Assembly: GCA_903855135.1 (NCBI GenBank)
Contig: CAINYB010000001.1
Coordinates: 2,740 to 66,739 of the forward strand
Source: an uncultured bacterium
Lineage (GTDB): Bacteria > Patescibacteriota > Patescibacteriia > UBA1558 > GWA2-36-10
Direction: 5' to 3'
DNA length: 64,000 nucleotides
The notes under the pieces are model-generated. The model did not search any database. It worked only from the letters and a program-made list of their open reading frames with translations, and had not been told where the DNA came from. This document shows, one piece after another, positions 48,101 to 55,989 of this stretch (its first letter is position 1; the number at the start of each line of letters is the position of its first letter). The position numbers were made by a program, and so were the translations under genes.

Positions 48101-49492
48101 ATGTCGCACAAAAATGTTAGCACTGGTATCACGAACTTCAGCTGGAACTACTATAACGATTAAATTATCACTCCAATAGTCTGTACAAGCCGAATTTACG
48201 TCATGTGGATCTATACCAAACTTCTCATTACCATCTGCACCTTCAAAAACTACTCGACCGCCACTAGAGCCAAATCCCGAACCATAAACACTAACAATAG
48301 AGCCCTCTTTAGATATTTCTGGACTTATTCTAGTGATTACTGGCCCATCACTTTCAGTGGCTGCACTAAGACAAAAATTTTCATCCACACAAGCATTAGC
48401 CGCACAACAGCCAGACGCACAGTCATTTGGGCCATTGTCACACAAAACATTAAAATCTTCCGGTGCTGATTGTATCTCATTCACTTCCACAAACAGATCC
48501 CCAGACAAAGCATTCATAGGCACAATGGCATTGGTAATTTTAGTATCTGTCCACGTACCAATACTACCAAAACGATTCGATTGCCAAACGTTACCGTCCC
48601 AATTAAAAATATCAACAAAACCAGAATCACCAAAGCCAATACCCTCTATCATGATACCTTCACCACGACGTTGAGTATTTGGCGTCACGCAAGCAATGCC
48701 TGGACCAGGCTCGCCCTCTCTGACTTCAAAAGTAGCTAAATCTGGGTAAGAGCCTTCTTTATTACTAGCAGTATTAATTTTTATCCGATAATTGCCCAAA
48801 GCCACGTTAGGTACAATGGCTTTAATGCGAAAATAGTTATTTGGGCGATTATTAAGACGATTCCAAGCAGCTTGACCATTGCAGTTAATCAGACTAGCTT
48901 CTTGAATCACACCACTACCATCAAATTTTACTTTACTATTTACCGCATTATAAGTTTCAAAATTCCAACCTTCAATAGTAATATATTGACCAATAGTAGC
49001 ACTATTAGCATTTGGTTTAACTTTACAAATTCTAACTGAACCATCATCTGGTGCTGGACAATCTGGAGGAACTACAATCGGATTAATAATAGTACCACCA
49101 TTGTTATTATTACTATTGGGATTAGTGGCCTCATATAATTTATTCAAAACAAAACTAGCGATCGCATAAGCAGATAAAATAATCACCAAGCCGATCACCG
49201 CACTAACAATAATACCTTTAGCAGTTTTTATTTTTTCTTCATCACCACGAGAAGTCATCCATAAATAACCAGCATATAGAATCAAGACAACAGCCAAGAC
49301 TCCCAAAAAACCTAAAAATATATTAATAATATTAGCAATCACCTGCTTTAGGTCTGACTGAGCCAGATTGACTCCAGCGTTTGTCAGATCATTTACTCCA
49401 GTCACATCATTACTTTGGGCTAAAACTAAATTGGCTTTAAGGAGAATTAAAGTCAGAAATGAAAGTAGAGACCAAAAAATTTTTTTATTCAT
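42119..49492 (-). CDS. giant (2457 aa) cell-surface protein: signal peptide + VirB2/TrbC-pilin-like two-helix anchor, ~6 IPT/TIG-like beta-sandwich domains, Cys-rich linkers, FN3 domain, 4 Myxococcus-type cysteine-rich repeats (CGNGxxDxxEECD), C-terminal DUF1554/lectin-like domain
   Basis: One uninterrupted 7.4-kb ORF. Domain motifs: GFG/GSGFG IPT signatures, LAWTDNATNEDGFNIYRK (FN3), CGNGVVDGAEECDGG, and ATIFLTSTAYNGNLLG...ADYLC. Confidence 0.8.
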   Translation of the reverse strand: MNKKIFWSLLSFLTLILLKANLVLAQSNDVTGVNDLTNAGVNLAQSDLKQVIANIINIFLGFLGVLAVVLILYAGYLWMTSRGDEEKIKTAKGIIVSAVIGLVIILSAYAIASFVLNKLYEATNPNSNNNNGGTIINPIVVPPDCPAPDDGSVRICKVKPNANSATIGQYITIEGWNFETYNAVNSKVKFDGSGVIQEASLINCNGQAAWNRLNNRPNNYFRIKAIVPNVALGNYRIKINTASNKEGSYPDLATFEVREGEPGPGIACVTPNTQRRGEGIMIEGIGFGDSGFVDIFNWDGNVWQSNRFGSIGTWTDTKITNAIVPMNALSGDLFVEVNEIQSAPEDFNVLCDNGPNDCASGCCAANACVDENFCLSAATESDGPVITRISPEISKEGSIVSVYGSGFGSSGGRVVFEGADGNEKFGIDPHDVNSACTDYWSDNLIVIVVPAEVRDTSANIFVRHVDERESNSKIFNDSGEEAPSLCKLEPTSGSFGEAVVAHGFNFNNTDSAFFGGVNGTFSYDNPQKANLVVPNLSAGELSVWFKNTADKSSNELPFSVEVAGGGAPIINSINPDNAPAGQYLTIIGSNFGNIAGSVRFIKPDGTFDLGDFDFPAQCLANYWRNDSIVVKAPNLASGPYQIKVIRSSDSEQSNAYNFNMSIGAPGPGLCFMDPNNGPANGVFDVTLYGDNFGNVSDHVYFSSGVSSEINSWSDQLINVRVPNGAVTGPTKVRVGAQDSNGLNFSVATCTNNTQCVSGNECCQEATGNYCAPLGHCPADLSCSYSWTITTAADPFSLQELACDPAVHNLSSPSPWPGATDAYLDTNITGMFNADVEDADFNTTSNLKLFACNTGGAFNSADCVENIAVNLTIINHNSNQEGFVLNPGINLTPNRWYKVALGEFNKASGSETWSGATYDWHFRAQENLCQVVSIAVTPTDSPSADIYVGHEREFSASPIGGNCNICGSNYNWSAWSLEGSNADKANIGWFRTQNTNIAKVKVEGTQVTENSTPATVTVKAQLNGLMSYAYPKIKDAVLEVVDYGPNCNSSCTNALVWVDFNTAISESNLYDNIVIKKCTDSTCALLTGANLVTSFDVSVDGRRVAILHSDFIPETYYKVELKQELKNIAGYKISAPFSWSFQTNKDGACTPTSLEIDPSYYLATDDSMINYSAFPYSTANACDPHGQILNPMSYSPYNWSLNPAGIADLIPSNIYRADIRPQAEGMTRVNASLSSYTLEDQAILEVDFGDTLVYTAPKIVPTPKPQTPACLNSAIEVQFNTLMDRASLEAGMRLYKKSASEELPGYCVKKDFQWYCPVETNFVFTNNSDKSKAFLYPVSPLQASTEYLSLVSGRVKSNMGVNLVTEQLNFDSDDNGSMDAYIWLFETNNQMCRVSFVTVAPNPDLFSCSRSNCLGDVADALSGNQHSYTAIAYDPSGSPLVMTDYAWQENNDFLDLESDNQQTILATALNKNGQTNLIVEVSDELAGSALGSAQVDLFLCEHPWPRQASNFPYDFNDLYNFSTYYCQDSGRVNEPLLPYLGSPNILPPNGQTLREFIFIVDPKQTVIAKSEENTKNYWWQNLFAKVKNTVLAAIAIPSAPTSLLLADNSADGVKLAWTDNATNEDGFNIYRKSSTVDWYKIATVDSGNQNPINFTDNNVINNEVYSYRVTAYNMGGESAATNEIAVTAKASSLDVIGVRVMKNEEHLALSDWYTKYAPNPEIAGQAQVIDGYPALKVGNTIYINALNVVDVNGGSVYSNIYMISYSIGARESTADIVSQMLSNLHLSTNVSNMGVCSSDASISCSSKFDCPNQGNCDADGDKLRRDNQRLGDLLSIQNKLKAYSNNYKFCNNNANISCTQDSQCPSGGDCVPYYPLLNAGTYVPHIAVSPWPSWQQEFSNVLGMSLPVDPLNRFSACPDGFDEETCWNDEINRFTCPLNSSIYFYKNEGGYNYSLDANFEFVYPNNYTIPDLDEHIHLNNPQCNASFNGLPQGSLGCGNGVVDGAEECDGGFQNLCDTTPEPDNNQDWWNEHLGGCYPAGSLDADGNSIECTWYEPWPILTEAMCGGYCGDHILDDPYETCEGNNTVVEEYSCLDGQTATCNTCTPVCSDGSVASPASCGDGVINPSEECDTTNLAGKDCTAFDYDYGNLSCNQCNFDLSDCSDEESLPPPPPNCGNGVINPPEQCDGSNLNNQTCQDFGWDQGSLSCNASCNFNQSNCSEIAESDGATIFLTSTAYNGNLLGAATNKGYSGSDGLAAADYLCQWHADSQNSLAREGIWKAWLSDFDTSAGSRLAHNSLEYKMTNGTVIADDWTDLTDTTLDNAINRLENGEQTAMNNPINDCTAQGCIFWSGTKYDGSIYYPGIAMSGEICNMDSEENFCHDYTNSFENIRYINDCVNRGRLGETSKISPNPNSNPDITWSGGSFLSMNENTWPRCDHTLPLLCLWQQPMNNNNNQN

Positions 49493-49584
49493 GATAATAT
49501 AGCTAAAATTTTATTTTAATTTGTTTACTCCCCGTCTAATGCCTGCCTGTCGGTAGGCAGAGCAGTCAAACGGCACACGCTGCA

Positions 49585-51159
49585 TTAATCGCTCTCACAC
49601 CTCGAACCAAGAACGCAATCTGGCGAAGGATCCCCTTCACAAACACAAGATCGGCCAGTAGGATCTTGACAAACACAAGGTTGAAAACAATTTTGATAAA
49701 CATCTTTGATATCTGAAGTCAAAGTTGGCTTATAAGATGTGTAGGATTTTAAACGATCATGAGATATTTTGATTTGACGTCCACTAGCCACACTTAGCCA
49801 ATAATTTATTGGATTATTCGGTGATTCCACAAAAGTAATATTATCACTATTGATAGAGGCAGTCATAAGACTTTTATCAAAAATGATGTTAATTGGTGAG
49901 TTTGTAGGAACGGCATTGTTATCTTCCATGGAACTAATTTTTGGTGGCACCAAATCAATCGTATTATTAGTATTAAATGCCCAGACATAATCAGCGGCTA
50001 GCGAATTATCTGCCATATCTTTGATATTAGTCGTGACAGTAGAAGCTAAACTAGCTGAGGCTGGTAGACAATATACATTACCTCCGCAAGAATTAGTACC
50101 ACAAAGATCATCAGTCACAAATTCTACGGTTCTGTATTGATTTGCTATCCGATAAGTACCAGCTAAAATAGTAGCTGCCTGTTTAACATTGATATTAGTA
50201 AAGGCTGGTGCTAGGCCACTAGCTAAAAGTGGATTTATACTTTCAGAAAAATTCACCTGCACAATAGTATTACGAGGATTAATAGTGTCAGCCACTGGTA
50301 TCACTGAAACTACAGTTGGTGGTGTCAAGTCTATCTCTTCACTGACAGTAAAATTCCAATCATAGCCATTTAAACCAAAGGCTGATTCGCCACTATCTTT
50401 CCTAATCTCATTGGACAAAGAAAAATTGTAACTAGTATTTTGGTTAGCTGCTCCTAAATAAGACCCTGGATCACTACCAAATGGATTTAAAGCCAAAACT
50501 TTATGGTCTTCACTTAAAATAGCTTGTAAGGAATTATTATCAAAAATTTGATCAGTAGTATTATTTTTTAATATAAGATTATTTGCCTTGGCACAGGTGC
50601 CATAAGAACAATCAAATAATAAATCTTCGGACTTAATGGCTTCTTTGAAAGTAATATAAATATTAGTATTACGCGGAATATCTTCAGCATTACGCATCGG
50701 ATAATGACTTTCAATCACACCATTACCAATACCAATACCTCCATGATAACCACCGCCACCATCAGCTCCACCGCCACCACCAAAAGTACCATCAAATAAA
50801 GCTTTTAAAATAAAACTAGCGATCGCATAAGCAGCGAGCGTAATAGCTAAGCCAATAGCGGTATCTACCATAATTTTTTTAGCCTTTTCTAGCTTAGCTG
50901 CTTCACCATTGGCCGTCATCCATAACCAACCAGCATAGAGAAATAATAAGACCGCCAAAGTCCCTAAAAATCCCAAAATAATATTAATAATATTGGCGAT
51001 CACTTGTTTTAAATCTGTTTGCCCCAAATTTACTCCAGCGTTAGCCAGGTCGTTAACCCCTGTAACATCGTTACTTTGTGCTAACAAGTCTTTTGGTAAC
51101 AAAAAAATAACTGCTAATAAAACAATTAGAAAAACAGTTATTCTCTTTAATTTAAGCAT
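49585..51159 (-). CDS. surface protein (524 aa) with the same signal peptide + VirB2/TrbC-pilin-like anchor, Gly-rich linker, bacterial Ig-like (SbsA-type) domains and a Cys-rich C-terminus
   Basis: Its N-terminal 125 aa are ~70% identical to the giant protein N-terminus. DLTPPTVVSV is an Ig-like domain start. Confidence 0.75.
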   Translation of the reverse strand: MLKLKRITVFLIVLLAVIFLLPKDLLAQSNDVTGVNDLANAGVNLGQTDLKQVIANIINIILGFLGTLAVLLFLYAGWLWMTANGEAAKLEKAKKIMVDTAIGLAITLAAYAIASFILKALFDGTFGGGGGADGGGGYHGGIGIGNGVIESHYPMRNAEDIPRNTNIYITFKEAIKSEDLLFDCSYGTCAKANNLILKNNTTDQIFDNNSLQAILSEDHKVLALNPFGSDPGSYLGAANQNTSYNFSLSNEIRKDSGESAFGLNGYDWNFTVSEEIDLTPPTVVSVIPVADTINPRNTIVQVNFSESINPLLASGLAPAFTNINVKQAATILAGTYRIANQYRTVEFVTDDLCGTNSCGGNVYCLPASASLASTVTTNIKDMADNSLAADYVWAFNTNNTIDLVPPKISSMEDNNAVPTNSPINIIFDKSLMTASINSDNITFVESPNNPINYWLSVASGRQIKISHDRLKSYTSYKPTLTSDIKDVYQNCFQPCVCQDPTGRSCVCEGDPSPDCVLGSRCESD

Positions 51160-51182
51160 GGTAATGTTTTTATTTTTATAAA

Positions 51183-51620
51183 TTATAAAGCAAGTTTTGC
51201 TTTTACTAACTTTTGTACTAATTGGCCATCGGCCTGACCCTTGGTTTGAGTTATTACTTCTTTCATCACTAAACCAAAACTATTTACTCCAGACGCAATA
51301 ACACTATCAACGATTTTAGTAACATCTTCTTCTGACATTAAGGCTGGTAAATAAGCCTCTATGATAATAGCTTCAGCTTTTTCTTGATCCGCTAAATCAT
51401 GACGTCCGGCCGACTCAAAAGCTAAAATAGAGTCTTGTCTTTTTTTCAACTCACGACGTAAAACTAGACCAACTTCTTCATCGTTGAGTTCAGTTTGTTT
51501 TTTGGCAATCGCTTCATTTTTGAGAGCACTCTTTAACATCCTTAAAACAGATAGCTTCAGAGCGGCTTGCTCTTTCAAAGCATTTTTAAAGTCTATTTCA
51601 ATATTTTGTGCTAAAGACAT
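51183..51620 (-). CDS. GatB/YqeY domain protein
   Basis: Whole-length match to the YqeY family. Confidence 0.8.
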   Translation of the reverse strand: MSLAQNIEIDFKNALKEQAALKLSVLRMLKSALKNEAIAKKQTELNDEEVGLVLRRELKKRQDSILAFESAGRHDLADQEKAEAIIIEAYLPALMSEEDVTKIVDSVIASGVNSFGLVMKEVITQTKGQADGQLVQKLVKAKLAL

Positions 51621-51673
51621 AATATATTCTTTAATAGCTTGTCCATTACAGCATAATGGACAAAAACTAAAGA

Positions 51674-51931
51674 CTATTTACCGTAACGTTTGGTTAAAAA
51701 ATCGTCTAATTTGCCAATGCGTTTCAAATATTCTACTTTGCCTGACATGTCTAAACGACGTAAAGCACTTTCTTTTTGCTTACGTTTTGAGCTATCTTTG
51801 CTATAAAAACGAACCTTTTTGGCTTGCAAAATCTTACCACTTTGAATAGTTTTCTTGGTAAAACGACGAACCATGTTTTCAAAAGATTCATTATCTTTGC
51901 GTTTGACTTCCAACACTTGGATGCACCTCAC
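51674..51931 (-). CDS. rpsU: 30S ribosomal protein S21 (start probably the GTG at ~51916 after a GAGGTG Shine-Dalgarno); basic C-terminal extension
   Basis: VLEVKRKDNESFENMVRRFTKK matches the S21 N-terminus. Confidence 0.75.
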   Translation of the reverse strand: MRCIQVLEVKRKDNESFENMVRRFTKKTIQSGKILQAKKVRFYSKDSSKRKQKESALRRLDMSGKVEYLKRIGKLDDFLTKRYGK

Positions 51932-52102
51932 TTTCTAAATTTTTTAAAAAGGAATATAGGCAATTTCTTTCCATATTCTTACCATTATAATGACAAATTT
52001 TTTGACAAAAGTCAAGGTGTAAAAAACTACACTAGCTGTGGATAACTCACAATATTTCTTATAAAAAATACCCCCGCCAGAGGGTATTTATTATTTAAAA
52101 TT

Positions 52103-53428
52103 TTATTTACTCTTTTTTAAGACTTTAGCGATCAAATGATGTTCTAATCTTTTTTGAACTTCTTTGACAGCTTTTTTAATATCCACTACTTCTTGCACAC
52201 CATTTTCCATATCTCGAATCAAAACTGTACCATCAACAATTTCTTTTTGACCCAAGATCAAAGCATAGCGCGCACCTTTTTTATCAGCGGATTCTAACTG
52301 ACCTTTAAGGCCAGTTTTGGCTAAATCTTCTGATACGGAAACTTTTTCTTTTCTTAACTCTAATAATAAATGTAAAGCTTTTTTTCTAGCTTCTGGACCT
52401 AAAGTCGCTACATAGACATCTGGACGCCAGTTCTCGGGCAAAGAAGCTTTAACATCTTTCATTTTATTAATCACCCGCTCTACACCACAAGCAAAACCAA
52501 TCGCTGGTGTCTGTCGACCGCCCATCAAATAAACTAAATCGTCATAGCGTCCACCACCACCCAAAGCATTTAGTTTACCCTCTTCACTGGTCTCTACTAT
52601 TTCCCAAGCAGTTTTAGTGTAATAATCCAAACCTCTGACAATTTTAGAGTTTAGATTATATTTCACATCTAACTCATCTAAATACTCTAAAACTGCGGTA
52701 AAATGTTTGTTGCATTCGTCACAAAGATGATCAACGGTCTGGGGGGCGTCTTTGGCTAAGTCTTGACATTTTTTCACCTTACAATCCAAAAGCCGTAAAG
52801 GATTTTTTAATAAACGCTTTTGACAATCTAAACACAAATCTTTTTTATTGTCTTTATAATAGTTTGTCAATGTCTTAATATATTTTGGGCGACAGCTATC
52901 ATCACCAATACTATTGACTTGAATCTCTACATTCAAACCTAGCTCTTGTAAGATAAAATAAGACAAACTAATCATTTGTGCATCAACTATTGGATCATTT
53001 TCACCGATGACTTCAAAACCAAATTGCCAAAATTGACGATAACGACCAGCTTGTGGTTTATCATGACGAAACTGTGGAGCAAAATAAAATAATTTTACTG
53101 GCTGTGGCAGATTTAGCATACCGTGCTCAATATAAGCTCTGACTACACCAGCGGTATTTTCTGGACGTAAAGATAATTTTTCTCCACCCTGATCAACAAA
53201 AGAATACATTTCTTTAGAAACAGCATCAGTTTCTTCACCAACTGCGCGTTTAAACAAAGCTGTTGCTTCAACGATAGGTGTATCAATATATTGAAAACCA
53301 TAATCTTTGGCAGCTGCATTTACTTTATTTCTGATCAAATCCCAATAAGCTTGTTCATTGGGCAAAATGTCTTTCATGCCCTTGACGAGCTTGATCACGC
53401 TTTTGCTTGCTTTTTTCACTTTTGGCAT
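52103..53428 (-). CDS. hisS: histidine--tRNA ligase
   Basis: Class II aaRS motifs 1-3 and the anticodon-binding domain. Confidence 0.9.
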   Translation of the reverse strand: MPKVKKASKSVIKLVKGMKDILPNEQAYWDLIRNKVNAAAKDYGFQYIDTPIVEATALFKRAVGEETDAVSKEMYSFVDQGGEKLSLRPENTAGVVRAYIEHGMLNLPQPVKLFYFAPQFRHDKPQAGRYRQFWQFGFEVIGENDPIVDAQMISLSYFILQELGLNVEIQVNSIGDDSCRPKYIKTLTNYYKDNKKDLCLDCQKRLLKNPLRLLDCKVKKCQDLAKDAPQTVDHLCDECNKHFTAVLEYLDELDVKYNLNSKIVRGLDYYTKTAWEIVETSEEGKLNALGGGGRYDDLVYLMGGRQTPAIGFACGVERVINKMKDVKASLPENWRPDVYVATLGPEARKKALHLLLELRKEKVSVSEDLAKTGLKGQLESADKKGARYALILGQKEIVDGTVLIRDMENGVQEVVDIKKAVKEVQKRLEHHLIAKVLKKSK

Positions 53429-53550
53429 AAACTTTTTTAATAAATATTCTTCGCTAGTATTTCCCCCGATGGGGGAAATTTAGCAGTTAATATAATTAAT
53501 TCTTATTATTATTTTCCCGCGTCAGCGGGAAAAACAAATACTTGAATGCT

Positions 53551-54186
53551 TTATTTATAGTCTGGTAAATTAAAAGTTGAAATCCGATCTACTGGCCAAC
53601 CCCTGAACCAAACACGGCCAATGATTAATTTTTTTGGTAAAGCCTGAAAAGCACGAGAGTCTCTACTCACTGGACGATTATCACCTAAGACAAAATATTC
53701 ATCTTGACCCAAAGTTAATTTAGAAAAACTTTGCTCAGATAAATTATCAATATAGGTTTCCTCTAATTCTTTGCCATTAATAGACACTTTGCCATTAATA
53801 ATCTCCACTGTTTCACCTGGCAAAGCAATTACGCGCTTGATATAATATTGTTTATTATTACCAGGATTACGAAAGACCACTACTTCACCTCTAGCTGGAT
53901 CATGAAAACGATAAGAAAGCTCATCAATAATCAAATATTCTTTATCATAAAAATTTGGCTCCATCGAAGCACCTTCGACATAAAAAGGCTGAACCAAAAA
54001 CATACGCACCGGTAAGATGATCGCTAAAGAAATCAAAACTACTTTGATTATCTCAAAAATAAATAAACCAAACTTTTTCACAGCCGCTAAAATAAAATTA
54101 TCTTGATCATGAGAAAAATTGTCTAAATTCAAATCTGGAGTCTCGACTTGCTTAGGATTTGGCTCATTTTGCATATTTTTATTCAT
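53551..54186 (-). CDS. lepB: signal peptidase I
   Basis: GASMEPNF Ser box, K box and GDNR box. Confidence 0.85.
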   Translation of the reverse strand: MNKNMQNEPNPKQVETPDLNLDNFSHDQDNFILAAVKKFGLFIFEIIKVVLISLAIILPVRMFLVQPFYVEGASMEPNFYDKEYLIIDELSYRFHDPARGEVVVFRNPGNNKQYYIKRVIALPGETVEIINGKVSINGKELEETYIDNLSEQSFSKLTLGQDEYFVLGDNRPVSRDSRAFQALPKKLIIGRVWFRGWPVDRISTFNLPDYK

Positions 54187-54423
54187 CTATAACTACTTTT
54201 TAAATTTCCCGCACCAGCGGGAAATTTTCAAGTAATTTTATATATATTTAAGGCTTTTATTAATAAACAGACTTATTATACACAAAGGCTTTAAGAAAAG
54301 CAAACCTCTAATTTAACACAAAATAGCAAAAAATTAGCCTTTATCCTGATATTGACTTGAGCTCTCATTTTTAGTATAATCAAGATAATTTGTCAGCTAA
54401 AAATTAAAGAAAACCAGGCAAAA

Positions 54424-55977
54424 ATGAACCAATCTGATTTTACAAAAAAGAAAATCAATTTTTTAAGTTCTGAACCAGAACAGCATGCACATGCCGAACA
54501 AATTGATCATCCGCACCAAACACATCACCCAAGACAAAATAACAAAAGAAAGAAAATTTCTTATTTTTTTATTTTTGCTATTATTATCTTAAGTATTTTA
54601 GCTCGCAGCTTAGCAGCTGGTAACAATGGTTTTTTGTCTGGTATAAAAAATAGCTATCTCTTGAGACAGATTATAAATATAGTTTCTCCAAGTGAAAAGT
54701 ATTTGGACGGTGAAAAAGAAGATCGCATCAACTTTTTATTGACTGGTATGGGTGGTCCCGGCCACAATGGGCCATACTTAACTGATACTATTATTTTAGT
54801 CAACTTCAAACCATCTACTAAACAAGCATCTTTTATCTCTTTACCGCGCGACATGATCGTGCCAGTTGGTCCAAATAATTATCAAAAAATAAATAGTATC
54901 TATACTATAGGCAAACAAAAAGATGACCAAGGTGCTGAATACTTAAAAGAAATAGTCTCCAAAACTTTTGATATCCCGGTACATTATTATGTCAATGTAG
55001 ATTTTCAGGGCTTTGTGGAAATCATCGATGCTATCGGTGGCGTCAAAGTAACAGTTGACAGTAGTTTTACTGACTATCAATTTCCGACCGAAGACTATAA
55101 ATACCAAGAAGTATCTTTCAAGGCTGGTGAACAAAAAATGGATGGCTTAACTGCTTTACGTTTTGCTCGCTCTCGTCATGGTAACAATGGCGAAGGCTCA
55201 GATTTTGCCCGCAGTAAAAGACAACAAAAAATCTTGACAGCGATGAAAGAAAAAATCGTTTCTTTCAATACTTTAGTCAATCCAAAGAAAATCACTGCTT
55301 TATTTTCTTTACTCAATCAATATACCCAGACAAATCTAGAGCCATGGGAAGCTGTCAAATTAGTTCACATGGCTAAAGGCTTAAAAAACGAAGATATTAT
55401 CAGTCAATCAATCGATGATCGACCAGGTGGATTCTTAAAATCTGGCATCTCAATGGACGGAGCTTATATCTTGCAACCAGTTAGCGGTAATTTTCAGGCC
55501 ATTCAACAATTGATCAAAAATATTCTCCACGCTAAAGATGTCAATTCAGAAAACCCCAAGATAGTCATCCAAAATGGTACCCCGATGCCGGGCTTGGCTT
55601 TGCAAGCAGTGAACTATCTAGAATACATGGGCTATAAAGTCTTAAAGTATGGCAATGCTGAAAAACAAGATAAAATCAGCACGGTAATTTATGAATACAC
55701 CAAAGACAAAGAGCAAACTAAAAAAATGCTAGAATCTGTTTTTAATACTAAGATAGAAAAAAATATTCCTTTAGAATACTTAAACTCGGTGGTGGTAAAA
55801 AACTGGCAAATCAAAGATGAGAATAATAATGATGCTCAACTAGACTTTTTGATCATTTTAGGCTCTGATCAAATCATTGATGCTAGCGCCCAAATTGTCC
55901 CTACTATGGATCCAAATGCACTTACCTCCTCGACCGCCTCTACAACTTCCTCTACTATTGAAATTTTAAATCCTTAA
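54424..55977 (+). CDS. LytR-CpsA-Psr (LCP) family cell-wall polymer transferase
   Basis: N-terminal TM and LCP core (NFLLTGMGG...SLPRDMIV). Confidence 0.8.
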   Translation: MNQSDFTKKKINFLSSEPEQHAHAEQIDHPHQTHHPRQNNKRKKISYFFIFAIIILSILARSLAAGNNGFLSGIKNSYLLRQIINIVSPSEKYLDGEKEDRINFLLTGMGGPGHNGPYLTDTIILVNFKPSTKQASFISLPRDMIVPVGPNNYQKINSIYTIGKQKDDQGAEYLKEIVSKTFDIPVHYYVNVDFQGFVEIIDAIGGVKVTVDSSFTDYQFPTEDYKYQEVSFKAGEQKMDGLTALRFARSRHGNNGEGSDFARSKRQQKILTAMKEKIVSFNTLVNPKKITALFSLLNQYTQTNLEPWEAVKLVHMAKGLKNEDIISQSIDDRPGGFLKSGISMDGAYILQPVSGNFQAIQQLIKNILHAKDVNSENPKIVIQNGTPMPGLALQAVNYLEYMGYKVLKYGNAEKQDKISTVIYEYTKDKEQTKKMLESVFNTKIEKNIPLEYLNSVVVKNWQIKDENNNDAQLDFLIILGSDQIIDASAQIVPTMDPNALTSSTASTTSSTIEILNP

Positions 55978-55989
55978 AACCTTAATTAT

